Shown here in pieces: positions 51,835 to 62,988 of a stretch of DNA of 64,000 nt; positions within the stretch are counted from its first letter, which is position 1; every line of letters starts with the position of its first letter. The notes under the pieces are model-generated. The model searched no databases and was not told the DNA's origin. It saw only the letters and a program-made list of their open reading frames with translations. The position numbers and the translations under genes are program-made. Origin of the DNA: Candidatus Poribacteria bacterium (GTDB taxonomy: Bacteria; Poribacteria; WGA-4E; WGA-3G); the NCBI GenBank assembly GCA_964291315.2, contig OZ219753.1, positions 1 through 64,000 on the forward strand. Reading direction: 5' to 3'.

Positions 51835-53328
51835 ATGAAAAAACAGGTGGGACAGGTTTTCACACCGATAAAATGGGCTGAGTGGCTCATCAGTAAATGG
51901 AACATCTTCAACGCATGGCTTGATGGTGCACACGTCTGCGATCCGACTGCGGGTCACGGAGCGTTTGCACTCGCAATGCTCTATATGGCTAAGCGAAAAG
52001 GAGTCCCTATTACCCCTAAACGCTTGACACGCCTAACGCTCATTGAGATAGTTCCCTCACACCTTGAGGATTTTAGAGAGAACGTCAAGCAGACGTTCGG
52101 TATAGAGTTTCCTACTTCTCAAATTTTCTGCCAAGACGTTATCACGGAAGCTCATGAGCGGAAATACGATATTCTCGTTGGGAATCCGCCGTGGGCGAAC
52201 TTTGCCGATTTACCCTCGGCTTACAAACAACAGTTAAAGCCGTTTTTTGTCCAAGAAAGGCTTGTACCGGATAAACAGAAGCTGCTGCTCGGTTCCTCGC
52301 GGGTTGATATAGCAGCATTGGTGTTGAAGAGTGTTTTGGGGAAACTGCTGAAAAAGAACGGCACCGGATATTTTTATGTTCCGACCTCCCTCTTTTTTGG
52401 GGATGGGGCACATAGCGGTTTTAGAAATTATTGTGTGAGGAACTCACGGCGCACCACTAATCCGTATCGGGATTTTGCCGTAGACACTGTCTACGAATTT
52501 TCATCGACGCAAGTATTTGACGGGGTTGGAACCTCTTATTGCGGTGCAAGATTCAGAGTGGATACACAACAAAATTTCCCCGTCTCATATTTCAAAGAGG
52601 AGGCCGGAGGATGGGTGGAGCATAAGGCGATGCCCCTCAAAGATTCCACGGATCCCTGGCGGATTGTGCGGAATCCTAGCGAATTGAATATCAGTAGTGT
52701 ATCACTTGAGATAGAATTGTTGCCAGAGCAGGCACCTCGGCAGGGCGTGAATACCTGTGGAGCAAGTAGGCTCTTTATTTTTGATCAAAAACCTTCGCAT
52801 CTTCCAAGTGAGTTTCTCTACCCACTTGCGACGAAGGAATTGTGGCGGCAACAGGCAGCATCGCCCTGTAAGTGGGTCTTGCTGCCGTATCATCAAGAAA
52901 CTGGAAAACCGCTCACATGGTATCAGATTGAAAAGTGGCCTGCCTTAAGGAATTATCTTCAAAGCGCACAAGATGTGCTACAATCACGAAAAGGGACAAT
53001 GCTTCGGACTGCGCTGAAGCGAGGCGTTTGGTGGGCGTTGCTGGGTGTCGGGCTCTATGCTTTCGCGCCGTTCAAAGTCATTTGGGAGGCTTATGGGAAA
53101 GACCGGTTTGAGCCAATCGTGTTAGGTAGTGTAGCCGGGCAAGCGTGGCAGGGCAATTCAGCGATGCATGCCTTTATTCCGTGCTGGACTGTGCAAGACG
53201 CACAGCAGATTAAGACGGCACTTGAGAGACCAGAGATTCCACTCTTATTGCGACAACTCAACGGCGCAGGAAAATGTAATTGGGCACAACCGGGTAAGAT
53301 TAAGAAAATTTTAAGGTTTCTCTCATAA
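51835..53328 (+). CDS. Amino-DNA methyltransferase, apparently orphan
   Basis: GQVFTP, motif I DPTAGHGAF and motif IV NPPW. Confidence 0.85.
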   Translation: MKKQVGQVFTPIKWAEWLISKWNIFNAWLDGAHVCDPTAGHGAFALAMLYMAKRKGVPITPKRLTRLTLIEIVPSHLEDFRENVKQTFGIEFPTSQIFCQDVITEAHERKYDILVGNPPWANFADLPSAYKQQLKPFFVQERLVPDKQKLLLGSSRVDIAALVLKSVLGKLLKKNGTGYFYVPTSLFFGDGAHSGFRNYCVRNSRRTTNPYRDFAVDTVYEFSSTQVFDGVGTSYCGARFRVDTQQNFPVSYFKEEAGGWVEHKAMPLKDSTDPWRIVRNPSELNISSVSLEIELLPEQAPRQGVNTCGASRLFIFDQKPSHLPSEFLYPLATKELWRQQAASPCKWVLLPYHQETGKPLTWYQIEKWPALRNYLQSAQDVLQSRKGTMLRTALKRGVWWALLGVGLYAFAPFKVIWEAYGKDRFEPIVLGSVAGQAWQGNSAMHAFIPCWTVQDAQQIKTALERPEIPLLLRQLNGAGKCNWAQPGKIKKILRFLS

Positions 53329-53488
53329 ACATGCCGCTGTTAGTTGGGCATAGGCCCGGGATTCAGATTTAGGTTACCATGTTTTTCTTGAATCTGTGGC
53401 TCATTTTTGATAAAATTGTTTATTAAGGCGAAGTTCGTAATTAGACTTTAAGTCCACCTATAGGTGAAAGTATTAAGGACGGAAATCC

Positions 53489-54742
53489 ATGGCACTTCCA
53501 AAAATGACACGCATTCGGCAGGCGTTTGAGGCGCCTGTTCTCGCTAATCTTCCTGCAGCCATTCATGCGGAATTAGATCGGATCAACGCCTCTGCGATTG
53601 TTAACCCGGGCGAAACTGTTGCTGTCACTGCTGGCAGCCGCGGGGTCGCGAATGTCGCTGCGGCCGTCAAGGCGACTATTGATTATCTGAAAGCGCTCGG
53701 CGCGGATCCTTTCGTGGTTCCAGCGATGGGGAGCCACGGTGGGGCAACAGCAGAAGGACAGCGCGCAGTATTAGAGCATTACGGCATCACGGAAACGACT
53801 GTTGGTGCACCCGTGAAAGCGACGATGGATGTCGTCGAACTCGGCAAGACGGCGGACGGTTTGCCGGTTTACTTTGATCGATATGCTGCCGAAGCTGACC
53901 ACGTTATCCCTCTCAATCGTATCAAAGCACACACGGACTTCAACGGTTCTATTGAGAGCGGTTTGATGAAGATGATGGTTATCGGGCTCGGTAAGCAGCA
54001 CGGAGCCAATCTCTACCATCGTGCGTTTTTTCAATACGGTTTTGAACAGGTCATCACTGCAGTCGGCGGCTTCATCCTTGACAGCGGAAAAATCGCTTTC
54101 GGTCTGGGTCTAATTGAGAATGCCTACGAAGATACCGCTAAAGCAGTCGCTATGGCTGCCTCCCAGCTCCTTCAAACTGAACGAGAACTGCTCGTTGAGG
54201 CAAAAGCGTTAATGGGACGGTTACCCTTTGATGAACTTGACCTGCTCATCGTGGATTGGGTCGGGAAAAATATCAGCGGCACCGGGATGGACACGAACGT
54301 CATCGGGCGGATGATGCAGAACTTCGAACCTGAACCCGCGAAACCCGCGATTCTCCGTATATTTGCCCGAGACCTCACTGAAGAAAGTGACGGCAACGCC
54401 ACCGGCATCGGACTCGCCGATTTTACAACCACGCGGCTCGTAGAGGCAATTGACCGACCCGCGACCTATATGAACGGAATCACTGCACTTGGACCGCAGA
54501 AATCGAAAATTCCGTTCTATTACGACACTGACCGGGAAGCAATGGAAGTTGCCCTCCATACCATCGGCCTGACGGAACCGGAGATGGCACGAGTCATTCG
54601 GATTGAAAGCACGCTGCGCTTGACAGAACTCGATATCTCTGAAGTGCTACTTGAAGATGCAAAACTGCATTCAAGGTTAAAGGTGAGCGGCAAGACAAAA
54701 CCGTTCGCGTTTGATGCCACAGGGAATCTATTACCGTTTTAA
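53489..54742 (+). CDS. LarA-N/DUF362-like (lactate racemase domain) protein
   Basis: Motifs TAGSRG, PAMGSHGGAT, NRIKAHT and GKNISGTGMD. Confidence 0.8.
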   Translation: MALPKMTRIRQAFEAPVLANLPAAIHAELDRINASAIVNPGETVAVTAGSRGVANVAAAVKATIDYLKALGADPFVVPAMGSHGGATAEGQRAVLEHYGITETTVGAPVKATMDVVELGKTADGLPVYFDRYAAEADHVIPLNRIKAHTDFNGSIESGLMKMMVIGLGKQHGANLYHRAFFQYGFEQVITAVGGFILDSGKIAFGLGLIENAYEDTAKAVAMAASQLLQTERELLVEAKALMGRLPFDELDLLIVDWVGKNISGTGMDTNVIGRMMQNFEPEPAKPAILRIFARDLTEESDGNATGIGLADFTTTRLVEAIDRPATYMNGITALGPQKSKIPFYYDTDREAMEVALHTIGLTEPEMARVIRIESTLRLTELDISEVLLEDAKLHSRLKVSGKTKPFAFDATGNLLPF

Positions 54743-54830
54743 AATTGGCTTTGGTGGACACCGGATAGCAAAATGTCTGAACACTGACAACTAGACCAGA
54801 TAGGAAGCTCGCCAGCGGCTGGGCTAAGAA

Positions 54831-55682
54831 ATGCGGAAATTCAGAATCATTTTGGAGATGATTAAATTTGAACATACCGTTTTTGCGCTTCCGTTTGCAG
54901 TGATGAGCGCGTTTATTGCTGCAGATGGGCTGCCTTCCTTGCAGAAGTCTGGCTGGATTCTTGTGGCAATGGTCGGGGCACGCAGCTGCGCCATGGCCTT
55001 CAATCGGCTGGCGGATGCCAAATTTGATGGGATGAATCCGCGCACGGCTACGCGCGCCATTCCTGCCGGTTTAATCTCAAAGGGGGCGGTATGGGTTTTC
55101 ACAAGTGTCTCTGCTGGATTGCTGGTTTTCGCAGCATGGCGGTTGAATCCGCTCGCTTTCGCGTTGTCACCGGTCGCGCTCGCTGTGATTATAGGCTATT
55201 CTTATGCCAAACGTTTCACCGCCCTCTCTCACTTCTGGTTAGGACTTGCTCTCTCTATCTCACCTGTCGGTGCTTGGATTGCAATACGGGGGAATTTTGC
55301 GTTACCGCCTATTGTTCTCTGTTTTGTAGTGCTGCTCTGGACAGCCGGTTTTGACATCATCTACGCGTGTCAAGATGTCGGTTTTGACAGGCAGCACGGT
55401 TTACACTCTATCCCCGCTAAACTGGGCATCCGATGGGCGTTGTGGTTATCCGCCGGTCTACATGTTATTGCAGTGTTGCTTCTCCTCAGCATTCCGAGCC
55501 TGGTTGGATTGGGAGCCTTTTACTACATCGGTGTAGGGCTTGTTGTATTAATCTTTATCTATGAACACGCTATCGTCAAACCGACTGATCTATCGCGCGT
55601 CAATCTCGCTTTTTTTACATTGAACGGCATGATTAGTCTTATTTTAATGGTGCTTTCCATCGCCGATATTTTATATTTTTAG
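54831..55682 (+). CDS. mqnP: UbiA-family prenyltransferase (futalosine-pathway MqnP-like)
   Basis: Motifs IKFEHTVFALPF, NRLAD...NPRT..R and FDIIYACQD. Confidence 0.8.
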   Translation: MRKFRIILEMIKFEHTVFALPFAVMSAFIAADGLPSLQKSGWILVAMVGARSCAMAFNRLADAKFDGMNPRTATRAIPAGLISKGAVWVFTSVSAGLLVFAAWRLNPLAFALSPVALAVIIGYSYAKRFTALSHFWLGLALSISPVGAWIAIRGNFALPPIVLCFVVLLWTAGFDIIYACQDVGFDRQHGLHSIPAKLGIRWALWLSAGLHVIAVLLLLSIPSLVGLGAFYYIGVGLVVLIFIYEHAIVKPTDLSRVNLAFFTLNGMISLILMVLSIADILYF

Positions 55683-55931
55683 GGATGCTGTTGTCAAGAG
55701 GCACCTACAGTCAGCTCGGATTTCTGTGTGCCTCTTTCAGTAGACAGTAGAATGTTCAGGTGTCAGGGTAGACGTATCGCAAAGATCCGGACTAGGGTTC
55801 TTACGGTTTTAAAATGTCGTCCTTATAGGACCTCCATCACAGAATATTTAACAATCTGATAGATTACCATTCACACATTTTGGGATCGGCGTTGGCAATT
55901 GAAACGCCGTCCGGGAGCACATAGGTAAAAA

Positions 55932-56753
55932 ATGCAACTCTCGCTTTCCGTGCGCGTTGCGGAAACCGCCTCGAAAAGAGATGCCACGCACAGTTTTGCA
56001 CAGCTCACTGAATTAGCTGGGGGACTGGGCTATGAGGCGGTCTGCATGCGTGCCTCACAAGTTGGTGTCCATTCGCCTTTAGATCAGATTACTGCTGCAC
56101 GGAAGCAGGCAGCGTCGCTCAACCTGAAGGTCTCTATGGTCACCGGTGATTTTCCGGTACCTCTGAATAACGATCGGGGCCCCGATGGACTCCGCAATAT
56201 AACTCCTTATCTCGATTTAGCGGGGCTCCTTAACGCAGATCTCATCCGTATTGCGATGAAGGTTGAGGAAGACATCGCGTGGGCGCAGCACGCCGCTGAC
56301 GAAGCTGCTGAGCGCGGCATTCGGCTTGCACATCAATCACATACGCTGAGCCTGTTTGAGACAGTGGAGGGATCTGTTGATGTATTAAAACGTGTGGATA
56401 GAAAAAACTTCGGAATTATATACGAGCCTGCCAACCTTGACTTGTGCGGGCAGGATTACGGGGTTGAAACCCTCAAACGGTTCTCGCCTTATCTTTTCAA
56501 CGTCTATCTCCAGAACCATATCCGCCGCCCGAGTGGAAAGACGCGACTCCTGACGTGGGTTCAAGGGGAGGTTCCACACGATCCGATCCGTCTACAAGAC
56601 GAAGGAGGCATTGATTTTCCGTCGGTTTTTCAAGGGTTGAAAACGATAGGTTACGACGGCTATGTGACGGTGCATCAAGCGTTCCGCGAGATCATGGAAC
56701 CTGAAGACGCAGCAGAGCAGAGCTATATCTATTTGAAACCTTTTTGTGGATAA
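55932..56753 (+). CDS. Sugar phosphate isomerase/epimerase (TIM barrel)
   Basis: YEPANL and IGYDGYVTVH patterns. Confidence 0.8.
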   Translation: MQLSLSVRVAETASKRDATHSFAQLTELAGGLGYEAVCMRASQVGVHSPLDQITAARKQAASLNLKVSMVTGDFPVPLNNDRGPDGLRNITPYLDLAGLLNADLIRIAMKVEEDIAWAQHAADEAAERGIRLAHQSHTLSLFETVEGSVDVLKRVDRKNFGIIYEPANLDLCGQDYGVETLKRFSPYLFNVYLQNHIRRPSGKTRLLTWVQGEVPHDPIRLQDEGGIDFPSVFQGLKTIGYDGYVTVHQAFREIMEPEDAAEQSYIYLKPFCG

Positions 56754-57016
56754 CGCGTGGAGATGGCAATGCTGCTGATAAAATGTCTCTTGTAATCTGC
56801 TTTTTTGAGATGATAGGGGCTCGGAGCAAAGAAGTGGAGGACTCGGCGTATGCGTGACGGGTTCGAGAATAAGCGGAGAGCGAGAACCCGGTAACGCGAT
56901 TTTAAACTTGCATTTTAGCGAAAGATTGAGTATCCTTTGCAGGAAAGAGATAATCTTGCTCCGCACTCGTCGTATCTTGCGGTAGAAGTGAGATAAAAAA
57001 TATTGAGGGCATCTAT

Positions 57017-57826
57017 ATGGTACCTACGCTCTCCATCGTGATCCCGATTTTCAACGAAGTTGTGAGTTTGCGGAAACTCCTCCAACAGATCGCCGCCGTT
57101 GAAATCGGTATGAAAAAGGAATTGATTCTCGTTGATGATTTTTCAACAGATGGTACGCGGACGATATTAAGGGAAATTGAGGCAATACAAGAAGATCCAG
57201 GCCAGTTGCGTAAGTACATCTCGACACCGCAGTCTCTGAACGACGAGGCTCTCCGTGATACGGAGGCGTTACAACCCGAAAGTTTTCCGGAAACCGCGTC
57301 TGAAATTTCTGCAAGGGTTTTCTACCACGATGCGAATAAGGGCAAAGGGGCAACCCTCCGCACCGGGTTCCAATATATCACTGGTGAGATTACCCTTATC
57401 CAAGATGCTGATCTTGAGTATGATCCAAAGGATTATCCGAAATTGATTCGGCCTATTCTGGATGACGAGGCCGATGTTGTCTACGGTTCGCGGTTTATGA
57501 AAGGTAGACAGACCGGGCTACTGCGCAGCTATCTCGCTAATCAATTTCTCACAACCCTTGCAAACATCGTCAACGGCACAAAACTCACTGATATGGAAAC
57601 CTGTTATAAAGTGATTCGGACATCTATTCTAAAGAAGATTTCACTCTATTCGGATAGGTTCGGTTTTGAGCCTGAAATTACGGCGAAGCTTGCTAGGCGG
57701 AAATGTCGGATTGTTGAAGTCTCTATCACTTACCGCGGTAGAGACTATCACGAAGGGAAAACCATCGGTTGGAAGGACGGTGTTGCGGCTATCTTCCATA
57801 TTTTCCGATTCCGCTTCTTTCCATAG
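57017..57826 (+). CDS. GT2 glycosyltransferase (DPM1-like) with an internal insertion
   Basis: Motifs IPIFNE, VDDFSTDGT, QDADLEYDP, DMETCYK and FGFEPEIT. Confidence 0.92.
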   Translation: MVPTLSIVIPIFNEVVSLRKLLQQIAAVEIGMKKELILVDDFSTDGTRTILREIEAIQEDPGQLRKYISTPQSLNDEALRDTEALQPESFPETASEISARVFYHDANKGKGATLRTGFQYITGEITLIQDADLEYDPKDYPKLIRPILDDEADVVYGSRFMKGRQTGLLRSYLANQFLTTLANIVNGTKLTDMETCYKVIRTSILKKISLYSDRFGFEPEITAKLARRKCRIVEVSITYRGRDYHEGKTIGWKDGVAAIFHIFRFRFFP

Positions 57827-57851
57827 CAGGCGACACCTAAGTTCTGAAAAT

Positions 57852-59687
57852 ATGCAAAACTTGCAGGATTTGCTTAAAGAGGTCGATGCGATTCTGGATT
57901 CGACGGATCCGCCGGAATCACCGGCTACTTTTGCGACAGAAACCGGGCAACTTCCGACAGATCGGCTTCTGGAAGGACTTCAGGACTACTTCGGCTATAC
58001 GTCTTTTCGGAAAGGTCAACGCGAGATTATTGAAGCGATTTTAGGGGGCGAGAATGTGTTCGCTGTGTTCCCGACAGGACACGGAAAATCGCTGTGCTAC
58101 CAATTGCCTGCAATGATGCTTGAGGGTATAACTGTCGTGATTTCACCGCTCATCTCGTTGATGAAGGACCAGGTAGACGGGTTACGGGATCACGGCATCG
58201 ATGCGGTGTCGCTAATAAACAGCGCCTTGACGTGGGAAGAATATCAAGCCGAATTGGCACGAATGAGGCGCGATGAAGTAAAGCTTCTCTACATTTCCCC
58301 GGAGCGTCTCCGAAGCCAGCGGTTTTTGGAGCTTCTCAACGCATTTCCCATTTCACTATTCGTTGTCGATGAGGCACATTGCATTTCACAGTGGGGACAC
58401 GATTTCCGTCCAGCATATCTATCGCTGCCGGATACGATTGACGTTCTCCAGCCGCGTGTTGTTGCACTTTTCACTGCCACAGCCCCGCCAGAGATTCAAG
58501 CCGATATTCTCAGTGTACTCAAAATACCGACACCGCGCATCCTGATACAAGGGATTGACCGGCCGAATTTAAAGCTGTGGGTTCAACTCAGCGAAGACGA
58601 CGATGAAAAGTATCAACACCTCGAAAGCTTCTTAATTAACCCGACCCCGCATTCATTAACAGCAGGTATTGGAGACTTGCACGCCTCTCCTAGAAAGGGG
58701 ATTGTCTACGCCGGGCGCCGCCGCGAAACCGAAGAGATCGCCTATTTCCTTCAGAAACGCGGATTCCGAGCGGACTTCTATCACGCCGGGCTGGAGAGAC
58801 ACGAGCGGAGTCGTGTACAAGAAGCGTTTTTCGATGACAGCAGAAATGGGCTAGACATCGTCGTCGCTACCAACGCCTTCGGCATGGGGATTGACAAGCC
58901 GAACATCCGATACATTGTGCACTGGACCCTTACAGGGACCCTGGAAGAATATTGCCAAGAGATCGGGCGGGCGGGCAGAGACGGCGAGGATTCGCTCTGT
59001 CTCCTGCTTTTCTGCCACGATGACCGCGGATTGCATGAATGGTTTATCAAGGAAAACACCCCGGATACACCGTTCTTACTGAAGCTCATGAAGATTATTG
59101 AAGATTTCAGAGGGAGCGGGCGCTACCGCGCTATCGCTAACGAAGAATTAGAATGGATGAGTGAGACGAAAGGGACAAAAATCTACGTCTGTCTCAGCCA
59201 TCTCGAAAAATTGGGGTTTTTGAAGCGGTGGTATAACGTCCCCTCTCAGTTCTCTGTGAGATTCCATAGAGCTGCGATTGATCAGATGGAACCTGCAGAT
59301 GCCGAGCTGCAACCGCTGCTTCGATTCATAAGAGAAAACAGCACTAGAACTATTTTGGAATTATCTGAAACAACCGGGCTAAATCCAAAGGCCGTAATGG
59401 AGCAACTGGCAGAATTGCAAAGCAGCGGTTACATTCAATACTGGGGACAAGAGGACTTACTGCTCATTGAGCTGCTTCAAGACAGTGAGCTGCTTAGCAC
59501 GTTGACGGACGATCAAATCGGTTTGGACGACTATGTCCGTCAAAAACAGAGTCAAATTGATCAGACCATCGTTTATGCGTTGGAAACGACTTGCCGTTCG
59601 CGCGTGATCCGTAGGCACTTCGGTGAAGATGTTGATGAAGGTTACCGGTGTGGCACGTGTGATCTATGCCAGAAGGGTCTTGAATAA
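57852..59687 (+). CDS. recQ: RecQ-family DNA helicase
   Basis: Motifs PTGHGKSLCYQ, DEAHCISQWGHDFRP and QEIGRAGRDG; C-terminal CR...CGTCDLC. Confidence 0.9.
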   Translation: MQNLQDLLKEVDAILDSTDPPESPATFATETGQLPTDRLLEGLQDYFGYTSFRKGQREIIEAILGGENVFAVFPTGHGKSLCYQLPAMMLEGITVVISPLISLMKDQVDGLRDHGIDAVSLINSALTWEEYQAELARMRRDEVKLLYISPERLRSQRFLELLNAFPISLFVVDEAHCISQWGHDFRPAYLSLPDTIDVLQPRVVALFTATAPPEIQADILSVLKIPTPRILIQGIDRPNLKLWVQLSEDDDEKYQHLESFLINPTPHSLTAGIGDLHASPRKGIVYAGRRRETEEIAYFLQKRGFRADFYHAGLERHERSRVQEAFFDDSRNGLDIVVATNAFGMGIDKPNIRYIVHWTLTGTLEEYCQEIGRAGRDGEDSLCLLLFCHDDRGLHEWFIKENTPDTPFLLKLMKIIEDFRGSGRYRAIANEELEWMSETKGTKIYVCLSHLEKLGFLKRWYNVPSQFSVRFHRAAIDQMEPADAELQPLLRFIRENSTRTILELSETTGLNPKAVMEQLAELQSSGYIQYWGQEDLLLIELLQDSELLSTLTDDQIGLDDYVRQKQSQIDQTIVYALETTCRSRVIRRHFGEDVDEGYRCGTCDLCQKGLE

Positions 59688-59706
59688 TGCAATAGGGTTA
59701 AAAAAC

Positions 59707-59742
59707 AACGGTGGGGGGACACTTAAATGTCCCCCCACCGTT
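59707..59742. terminator. Perfect hairpin between convergent genes
   Basis: AACGGTGGGGGGACA / TGTCCCCCCACCGTT. Confidence 0.85.
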
Positions 59743-59787
59743 CGGTTGATTTTAGGTTAGTTTGTCTCTGTGTAATGGTTGTGTCTG

Positions 59788-62601
59788 CTATTTGTCAGAC
59801 GATTTGAGCTCCCCCCATCGGGTTGTGAGCTTACCATTCGCAGAGACATCGCCCCGCAGGTGCGTCGTCCGGAGGGTTGTGCGCACGCCATCCATAGCGA
59901 CATCTTGTATCTGGTAGTAATAGACCACGTTGGGTTTCGCGGTGGTATCTGTGTAGGTATAGACGTGCTTCTCGGATGTTGTGCCGTGTCCTGCGATCAG
60001 TCCTTTTGTGTTAATCACTTGGAACTCGCCGTTTTTGCTATCGCTGCGCAGGATGTTGAATCCTGCGTTGTTGAGTTCGGCCTGCGTTATCCAAGTAATC
60101 TCGACGTGTCCTGTTGCGGTGTTGCGCACTGGGCGGAAGCTGGAGAGCGAGACGGGTAGGGGTCCGCCGAGGCGGTAGCCGGGAGTGCTGATATCGTCTC
60201 GGTGTCCGTAGTAGGTCCCCAATCCACTGACCTGCTTAGGCTGCGTCCAAGCGTCTTCCATTAGTCCGTCTTTAGCGTCATGGGGTCCAGCGCCCATAGT
60301 CCTCTTGTTTGCTGTATTGAAGAGATCGCCATAAATTCTGACGATAGACTTTCGGGTGTCGCCGGAGGCGGGGAGGTCCCATTCGTGTATGCGCATAGTA
60401 CCGTCTATTTTAAAGTTGCCGGCTGTGTCCATAACTGTCATCTCTGTCCGACCGCCTTTGTTGGATTTTGCGCGGAGTTCGAGATGGAATCCAGTGGGAC
60501 TCAACAAGCGCTGCTCGCGCGTGGTCAACCCGAGTTTGCTCCGGTGTTTTGCTTGTAGGTTGTAGACGTGGTTTTCAGCTACATCGTTCGATCCGCTGCT
60601 TGACACTAGCAGTAATGTCTGATTCGGTAGGATATACGTGCCTGCCTCAAACGTGAACTTGGCATTTACATAGGATTGGGTTTGTGTGTTCTCGTTGCGG
60701 ATTTCAAATTCCCAGCCCTCAAGATTCACGGTTTCCATCATAGAGCTGTTGTAGAGTTCTATCCACTGGATCAAGTTCTGGCGCGGTCCTGCGTCATACA
60801 TAATCTCGCTGATGGTGACTGTTCCGTCGAAGGCGTAGTCATCGTCAGTTGATGCGGTGTCTCTATCGTCAGTGATCGTGCCGATAGCTGTGTTTGGGTA
60901 TCCTGGTGTGCCAGGGGAGACCATTGTATCAAGGGTTCTATCTTTGCCGCGATCGTAGCCGGTGCCCATGAACTTGAACGACTGCCAATCGTCTTTGTGA
61001 AGACGGTTTGCGCGAGACTTCGCGACATACATGCCCTTCGTGTTCAGCTGGGCCCCCCGGCCGAACGACATGTTCGTAGAGGCGAAGGTGTTCATACCGC
61101 CGAAGTCGTTATCATCAACGTCTCCCGGCTTCGCCCACGCGATGAAGGGCCAGACATCTGTGTTGAACTTCTTATCTTCTGTGCGCTTGAAGAACCCGTT
61201 GCCTGCGTAGTCTTTGAGGTTCGTCGCTTTTCCAACGTCGTCTGCATGATCGCGTGTGCGTAGCAGGATCAGGAACTTGCCTTTGGCGGGGAGGTTTAGA
61301 TCTTTAGCGACGGCGTACTTGTGTGTGGCGCCCTTTTTAGTGTGGGTTTGGGCTGCGAGGTCGGCAACGTTTACGCCTCCTGCGAGTGCGATGCTTTTCC
61401 CGGGGTCTCTGTTATAGATAACGAGGTAGTCGCCGGGCATCATCTGATATTCGGGCAGTACGGCGAGTTTTGTGTCGGTGAAGTTGGCGTCGCCTGATTC
61501 GTGATAGCCGCTGCCGTCAGTCTTCATTTTCCCCATCGCCAAGCTGAGCGTATAGTTCTTGACATTGACAGCGGGGTCCGATGCGTTGTCGCTATTGTAG
61601 AAGAGCTCTATCCAGTCCAAGTTTTCATCGGAGGTGTCGTTGCGCACCTCGTTGATGATGATGCCTTTATCGGAGAAGGAGGCGGGAGTCGTTTCAAACC
61701 GAACTACGTTCGGACCACTCGGGCCCACTTCAACATGCCCCGGAGTCCCTATGTAACCACCTACCATGTTAACTTTGTTTTTAGTTGTTTCCCAGGAGCT
61801 TGCTTCTTCGCCGTCACCGAGCCCCTTCAGTTTTCCGTTTTCGACTTTATACGCTTTACCTGTGTCATCCACTTCGATCTTCCGATACATGGAGACCAAG
61901 TCCATAGCAGGGATGCCGAGATCATCGTTTTCGCTGGCTCCATTTTCACCTTTCAGTTCCCACCTTTGGTTAAAACTATTGAGTGTTGAGACACGGTCCA
62001 AAACGACAAACTTGCGGTTACTGATGTTCGCGTCATCATTCTCACCAACCATATACGTTTCACCCGCAGCAGGGTAGGTGGTATCCTTATTCCAGTCCCA
62101 AGCGTAAAAGATCCAATCGTGTTCTTTCAAACCGTTGTTATAGATTTCAATCCATTGTGCGGTTGTTCTGGCCGGGTCGTCTTTCGCCCACATGATTTCT
62201 GTGATAACGACCTTGTGTTTTGCTTTCATCAGATCTTCTGCTGATGGATTGACTTTTAGGCTCTGCTTTGTATAATCGCCAGTTGTAAGTTCAGTTCCTT
62301 CCGGGATTCTCTGTGAAATAATGAACGAGCCGCCTTGCCTGAAGAGATCCCACAGATCCGGGAAATCGGCTATCGTCCGCCCGTTTACGGGGCCGGCAAT
62401 ATTTCTAGGGTCGTCTGCGCCTAAGTTAATGCCTGTCAATATACCATTTTCCCTTGTCGAGGGGACTAGAACAAAGTGGGCTTTGTCCACTTTCAATTTA
62501 TCCCAGTTGTCAGCAACGTCCTGGGCGTGTGCGGTTGCGCCGGTAAACAGCAGTCCTAATACTCCGAATACTACGAAAATTCTAATTTTATTTGATAACA
62601 T
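59788..62601 (-). CDS. Large secreted lamin-tail-domain (x3) surface protein with C-terminal LPVSLSSF domain and KLTTRWGELK motif
   Basis: Signal peptide ending AHA; three I[TNS]E[IV]...WIE[IL][YF] units; RBS GAGGAG before the ATG at 62601. Confidence 0.85.
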   Translation of the reverse strand: MLSNKIRIFVVFGVLGLLFTGATAHAQDVADNWDKLKVDKAHFVLVPSTRENGILTGINLGADDPRNIAGPVNGRTIADFPDLWDLFRQGGSFIISQRIPEGTELTTGDYTKQSLKVNPSAEDLMKAKHKVVITEIMWAKDDPARTTAQWIEIYNNGLKEHDWIFYAWDWNKDTTYPAAGETYMVGENDDANISNRKFVVLDRVSTLNSFNQRWELKGENGASENDDLGIPAMDLVSMYRKIEVDDTGKAYKVENGKLKGLGDGEEASSWETTKNKVNMVGGYIGTPGHVEVGPSGPNVVRFETTPASFSDKGIIINEVRNDTSDENLDWIELFYNSDNASDPAVNVKNYTLSLAMGKMKTDGSGYHESGDANFTDTKLAVLPEYQMMPGDYLVIYNRDPGKSIALAGGVNVADLAAQTHTKKGATHKYAVAKDLNLPAKGKFLILLRTRDHADDVGKATNLKDYAGNGFFKRTEDKKFNTDVWPFIAWAKPGDVDDNDFGGMNTFASTNMSFGRGAQLNTKGMYVAKSRANRLHKDDWQSFKFMGTGYDRGKDRTLDTMVSPGTPGYPNTAIGTITDDRDTASTDDDYAFDGTVTISEIMYDAGPRQNLIQWIELYNSSMMETVNLEGWEFEIRNENTQTQSYVNAKFTFEAGTYILPNQTLLLVSSSGSNDVAENHVYNLQAKHRSKLGLTTREQRLLSPTGFHLELRAKSNKGGRTEMTVMDTAGNFKIDGTMRIHEWDLPASGDTRKSIVRIYGDLFNTANKRTMGAGPHDAKDGLMEDAWTQPKQVSGLGTYYGHRDDISTPGYRLGGPLPVSLSSFRPVRNTATGHVEITWITQAELNNAGFNILRSDSKNGEFQVINTKGLIAGHGTTSEKHVYTYTDTTAKPNVVYYYQIQDVAMDGVRTTLRTTHLRGDVSANGKLTTRWGELKSSDK

Positions 62602-62620
62602 TACGTTCGTTCTCCTCTGT

Positions 62621-62883
62621 TGAAGATGCGCAGACTGCGAGTCTATGCTGCGAGTCTCTTGCACATCTGTTGTTACAAAGTTAAACATAGACAAATGAGT
62701 GCCGGTCGCAGAGATTGCGGGTCCATACACTGCTTTTCTACTTACACATTTATGCTGAGGGAGATCCTCATACACGGGCTATTAAGTGTTTCTGATACAC
62801 GAGAAACTAACAGCGTCTGCTAAAAGTCTCTGTGGAAGTGAAGATGCACAGACTGCGAGTCTATGCTAGGAGTCTCTTGCACA
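62621..62883 (-). repeat. Two 45-bp near-identical hairpin elements in the 5' leader (62621-62665 and 62839-62883)
   Basis: TGTGCAAGAGACTC..AGCATAGACTCGCAGTCTG[TC]GCATCTTCA occurs twice. Confidence 0.9.
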
Positions 62884-62988
62884 ACTGAACAGGTTGTGAT
62901 GCAACAGAGCGCTCTCAATCTTTATTTTAGTCTCACGTTACGATATTATAACGTAAAAAGTCTGCAAAGAACAACAAAACCTATCTAG

